From Deltaproteobacteria bacterium (GTDB taxonomy: Bacteria; SAR324; XYD2-FULL-50-16), in NCBI GenBank assembly GCA_018645005.1, contig JABGPJ010000110.1, positions 9,620 to 73,619 on the forward strand: a stretch of 64,000 nt of DNA. The letters are read 5' to 3'. Position numbers and translations under genes: made by a program. How positions within the stretch are numbered: position 1 is the stretch's first letter; the number at the start of each line of letters is the position of its first letter. A model generated the notes under the pieces. The model was not told the DNA's origin. It saw nothing but the letters and a program-made list of their open reading frames with translations, and ran no database searches. Positions 60,270 through 64,000 of the stretch are shown piece after piece.

Positions 60270-61270
60270 TCACTATCCAGCTTGGTACGAATTGTTGCCA
60301 TTCTGAAGGCGTAATCAATGGCTGATCTCATATTCCTGTGGTCGGCAGCAGCCTGGCCGGCAATATCAAATGCGGTGCCGTGATCCACAGAGGTCCGAAT
60401 GATGGGCAGCCCGACAGAGATGTTAACCGCTGTGTCAAAAGCGATCATTTTGATCGGAATCAGTCCCTGATCGTGATATTGAGCCACAACCAGGTCGAAT
60501 TCTCCTTGAATAGCCCGTCGGAAAATCGTATCCGCCGGGAAAGGTCCGGAAGCAGAAATGCGCTCATCGGCTGCAAGTTGAACCGCTGGTTTAATGATCG
60601 ACTCATCCTCCATCCCAAAAATTCCGCTCTCTCCAGCGTGCGGATTTAGACCACATACAGCTATGCGGGGAGATGATATTCCCAGTTCCTGCAGAAAACG
60701 ATCAGCCAACCGAATCGTTTCATGAACCCGTTCGATGGACAGCGATCGGGAAACTTCATGCAGAGGAATATGGGTGGTTGTCAGCATGACATTGAGTTTG
60801 CACGATGCAAAGGTCATGCGGTAGTTTTCACACCGGGTTAGTTTGGCCAGGAGGCCCGTATGACCATCAAAATGATGGCCCGCGGTATGCCAGGCCTCTT
60901 TTGATATAGGGGCGGTTACCATTGCGTCGATCTGATGGGTCAAACCCAGGTTGACCGCTTTGATAACAGCTTGATAAGAAAAATTCCCACACCAAAGGTT
61001 GACGTGGCCCATTTGAAACGTTTCTTTCTTTATTTCAGCAAGATCTAAGACGGGAAGTGCCCCCTGTCGGCTTTCAAAAACCGGTTCTGTAATCTGAATG
61101 ACATCAAGGTCAAGCCCGAGTTGCCTGACGGTATCACGCATGATGGTGGTGCTGCCGATGACAAAAGGCTGGTAATCGATGCCTGGATTTAGATCGGCAT
61201 AGGTCTTGGCGATAACTTCAGGTCCGACTCCAGCCGGGTCGCCCATGGTTATTGCGATAATGGGGCTCAT
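60266..61270 (-). CDS. pdxA: 4-hydroxythreonine-4-phosphate dehydrogenase
   Basis: 'TMGDPAGVGPE', 'GLNPHAGE', 'YHDQG', 'RTSVDHGTAFDIAG'. Confidence 0.95.
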   Translation of the reverse strand: MSPIIAITMGDPAGVGPEVIAKTYADLNPGIDYQPFVIGSTTIMRDTVRQLGLDLDVIQITEPVFESRQGALPVLDLAEIKKETFQMGHVNLWCGNFSYQAVIKAVNLGLTHQIDAMVTAPISKEAWHTAGHHFDGHTGLLAKLTRCENYRMTFASCKLNVMLTTTHIPLHEVSRSLSIERVHETIRLADRFLQELGISSPRIAVCGLNPHAGESGIFGMEDESIIKPAVQLAADERISASGPFPADTIFRRAIQGEFDLVVAQYHDQGLIPIKMIAFDTAVNISVGLPIIRTSVDHGTAFDIAGQAAADHRNMRSAIDYAFRMATIRTKLDSE

Positions 61271-61565
61271 GAGGATCGTGTCAATTGTTTTTTGATCAGG
61301 AATAAAGCAGGTGAGAGATTGGGTTTCGAGCTATTCATCGTACTCTAACACACTTTGGACTTCTTTTAAAGCACCAAAAATGGTAATTATACATCAGGGA
61401 CAGCTGATATAGAGCGGGTTTTTGATGCGTTGTATAGGGCTCGTTTCTTCTTTTTCGATACAGTATCAACCGAACCGGGTACTTTTTTTGCCGGTATTGC
61501 AGCAAAGATTTTGGATTTCTGCAATCCGGAAGGTATCCATAATTGCTGAGGAGTCTTTTAAGATT

Positions 61566-63911
61566 ATGGACTTTCGCTCTTTCATATGCGGCGCACTAAA
61601 GCTGCCGGTTCAGTCAACAGCTGTCCCTCCAATACGCTGCAGACAAACGATTCAACTCGAAAAGGCCCTGAATCAACAGATTCAAAAAAGGCAGGATCTA
61701 AAAAAGGTCCTGATACAGACCCTGGCAAATCTACGGACGCTGATTCTGGATCGCGGCTCTATTATGACCCAAGACTGGCAACCTATTTGTCAGGAAACTG
61801 AAAATTTGGGGTTAGGGGATATTACCTGTTTCATTGAAGGACTAATTGTTCTGAAGACTCAACCCGAATATCTGGGGTGTCTGGATGTCGACCTGTTGCA
61901 TCAGAATCTGAATGGTTGCCTGGATCAACTTGACGAAACGATTCGCAATCTTGACAGTTACGGTTTCTTTGAGGACAAGGACGACAGTGCGGATTCAAAT
62001 CTACTGGAAAATAAAAATGTCTTGATTGCTGAGGATATGCCTTATAATCGAATTCTATTGAAGAAAATCCTGCAGCGACTCAATTGTATTACCAGTGAAG
62101 CAGAGAATGGCAAAGAAGCAGTTGAGCAATGGACGCAGAATTCCTCATTTGATCTGATTGTCATGGATATGAACATGCCAGTGATGGATGGATTTGAAGC
62201 AACCCACGCTATTCGTCAATATGAAGCCGAAAATGCACTGAAAAGAACCCCGATTATTGCTGTGACGGCACTGGCCATGAGAGGTGATCGGGAAAGATGC
62301 CTGGATGCGGGTTGTGATGAATATATCACAAAGCCGGTTGTTGCCAACCTGTTGATCAATATCTGCCAGCAACTTTTAAGTGGAGTCGAAGCACAATCAG
62401 AACCGGCTGAAGTACAAAGAACAATTGATATTCAGAAAGTTCTGTTGAAAACAGATAATCAGGTATATGAATATATTTTGAAATCTATTCTGGGATCGCA
62501 TGGTATCGTTTTTGACCAACTGGACAGCTTAGTGGATATTCAAATAAGCCTGTTAGAAGATCGCTATGATTTTGTGATTTTGGAAGCGGCAGTCGACCTG
62601 GCGCTTGCCTATTTCATAAAAACTCATTTTCCGGATAAGTATGTTATTTTAATCACGACGAAAGAGCATGACAGCAGTATTTTTTCTGCAAAATCAGAGA
62701 ATAATATCCTATATCCGTTTGACAGGGATCAGATATCTGCGGTTCTGAACCACTGCTTTCATATGCAGCAATTAGCCAGAAAAAGAGCGGAAAGTATCGC
62801 TGATGCTGATTCACTGGGCAGAATCAAAGGACGAGCCAGTATCAAAGAGGCTGTTCAGAAGTCGAATCAACAGCTGGCGGTCTGGCAGAAGGCGTTTCGC
62901 AAAATTGGTGGAGACCTGGTCCTCAGCCATGAGTTCAATTTTCATGGCAAGTACGGATTTATCCTGGGTGATGTTTCCGGGCATGACATACAAAGTGGTT
63001 ATACTGCTTCATGGTTCGCGGGTCTGGTCAAAGGTGTCTGGGGACAATACAGCAACCCGTACGATCTATTGTGCAATCTGAACAGCTTTTTTGATCATGA
63101 TGCGGATGAGGAAGATAAACGATTCGTGTGTGCGCTAATATTGCTCTGGGACCCTCTGCGTCACAAGCTTTACTATGCTAATGCCGGCATTCCCGGCGGA
63201 ATTCTGGTGGAGAAAAAAACCGGCCAGACTACATTGATAAAATGGACAGGGATGCCCATTGGATTGTTTCCCGAAATGGACATGTTCGACCATGCCGAAA
63301 TAGATTTTTTGCCTGGAGATCGGTTGTATATCGCTACTGATGGTGTTTTAGAAGCAATTCCCAGTGAAATAATCTCAGGTATCGGTGAGTCGAAAAGCAA
63401 TCAACCACCGCAGCAGGCGTTGGATTCCATTGTGGACTTTGTCAAACGCTCTATTGAGGTGACCGATGACCTCACCATTGCTGTTTTCGAAGGGCACAAT
63501 TTCGATGAACCGCAAAGGGGATTTCGCAAAGCAATTAAATCCACTTCTGCAGAAATTGAAACAGTACTGAAGTATATCGAACAGTATATCAATGAGCATG
63601 ACTTAAATAAGTTTGGTGGAGGCAAAATTTCAGTGGCGGTGCGGGAAGCTTTAATCAACGCTTTGGAACACGGAAACGGCAATGTTGAAGAAAAATCAAT
63701 CGATATTGATCTCGAAATATTTAATAACACGATACAAGTGAGGGTTTCTGATAGTGGTGGTGGTTTTGATCTGAATAGCGAAAAAAAACGATTGAAAGAG
63801 GAAGGTGAATTGCGCATACACGGGCGTGGAATCGATATGATGGAAACCATCTGCCAGTCCGTGTCTTTTAATGGCGGGGGTGTCTGTCTGGAGTTTGTCG
63901 AAACTGATTAG
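61566..63911 (+). CDS. Fused receiver / degenerate receiver / SpoIIE-type PP2C phosphatase / RsbW-type HATPase protein
   Basis: REC: 'AED', 'MDMNMPVMDG', 'TKP'. PP2C: 'GGD', 'DVSGH', 'TDG', 'DDLT'. Kinase: 'EALINALEHGN', 'DSGGGF', 'GRGI'. Start uncertain (61422-61566). Confidence 0.88.
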   Translation: MDFRSFICGALKLPVQSTAVPPIRCRQTIQLEKALNQQIQKRQDLKKVLIQTLANLRTLILDRGSIMTQDWQPICQETENLGLGDITCFIEGLIVLKTQPEYLGCLDVDLLHQNLNGCLDQLDETIRNLDSYGFFEDKDDSADSNLLENKNVLIAEDMPYNRILLKKILQRLNCITSEAENGKEAVEQWTQNSSFDLIVMDMNMPVMDGFEATHAIRQYEAENALKRTPIIAVTALAMRGDRERCLDAGCDEYITKPVVANLLINICQQLLSGVEAQSEPAEVQRTIDIQKVLLKTDNQVYEYILKSILGSHGIVFDQLDSLVDIQISLLEDRYDFVILEAAVDLALAYFIKTHFPDKYVILITTKEHDSSIFSAKSENNILYPFDRDQISAVLNHCFHMQQLARKRAESIADADSLGRIKGRASIKEAVQKSNQQLAVWQKAFRKIGGDLVLSHEFNFHGKYGFILGDVSGHDIQSGYTASWFAGLVKGVWGQYSNPYDLLCNLNSFFDHDADEEDKRFVCALILLWDPLRHKLYYANAGIPGGILVEKKTGQTTLIKWTGMPIGLFPEMDMFDHAEIDFLPGDRLYIATDGVLEAIPSEIISGIGESKSNQPPQQALDSIVDFVKRSIEVTDDLTIAVFEGHNFDEPQRGFRKAIKSTSAEIETVLKYIEQYINEHDLNKFGGGKISVAVREALINALEHGNGNVEEKSIDIDLEIFNNTIQVRVSDSGGGFDLNSEKKRLKEEGELRIHGRGIDMMETICQSVSFNGGGVCLEFVETD

Positions 63912-63934
63912 GAAAAAAGAGGAGATGAGGTACG

Positions 63935-64000
63935 GTGCCAACTGAAAAAAGTCTTGATCGATTTATACTCGATGCGAATGTGCTGCTCTATGAACCGGAC
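63935..64000 (+). CDS. PIN-domain (PhoH2-like) protein, 5' end only
   Basis: GTG start after 'gaggt'; reads MPTEKSLDRFILDANVLLYEPD, matching the PIN 'LDTNVLLHDP' motif. Confidence 0.65.
   Translation, partial: MPTEKSLDRFILDANVLLYEPD

Noticed and set aside
1-64000. CRISPR arrays, tRNA/rRNA genes, IS elements, recoded stop codons
   Set aside because: No spaced direct repeats, cloverleaf motifs, transposase ORFs or interrupted conserved genes were seen by eye; a tRNAscan/Rfam run would be needed to exclude small RNAs fully.

Overview
Bacterial chromosomal window from a diderm; the protein style suggests delta-proteobacteria sensu lato or SAR324-like (inference). Three parts. (1) 1-19.1 kb: a co-directional cell-envelope cluster of ten genes with no obvious catalytic domain: an FN3/TPR/CARDB-like repeat protein (5'-truncated), three Lig-like Big_2-repeat lipoproteins (about 25 Ig domains in total), a FecR-domain protein, an Ig + beta-barrel protein with a Slam/BBP2-like 'G.E.DSN' motif, a TraF/PorV/FadL-like barrel and three more lipoproteins. 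This is the best candidate for an undescribed system (surface-lipoprotein export and display). (2) 19-36.4 kb and 55-64 kb: shuffled housekeeping and hypothetical genes (RlmI-like methyltransferase, hisC, RRM protein, cmk, dxs, amidase, ettA, a divergent purF, two OMPs, Slt, ispA, prmC, pdxA, a REC-PP2C-anti-sigma-kinase fusion, the start of a PIN/PhoH-like gene). (3) 37.0-54.9 kb: the str-S10-spc-alpha ribosomal protein cluster, which lacks rplC and adk/map/infA and carries an EF-G with degenerate domain IV loops (spdEFG2-like). Several intergenic palindromes and alternative-fold leaders were seen. No rRNA, tRNA, CRISPR array or mobile element was recognised. All domain calls come from visual motif recognition, not database searches.
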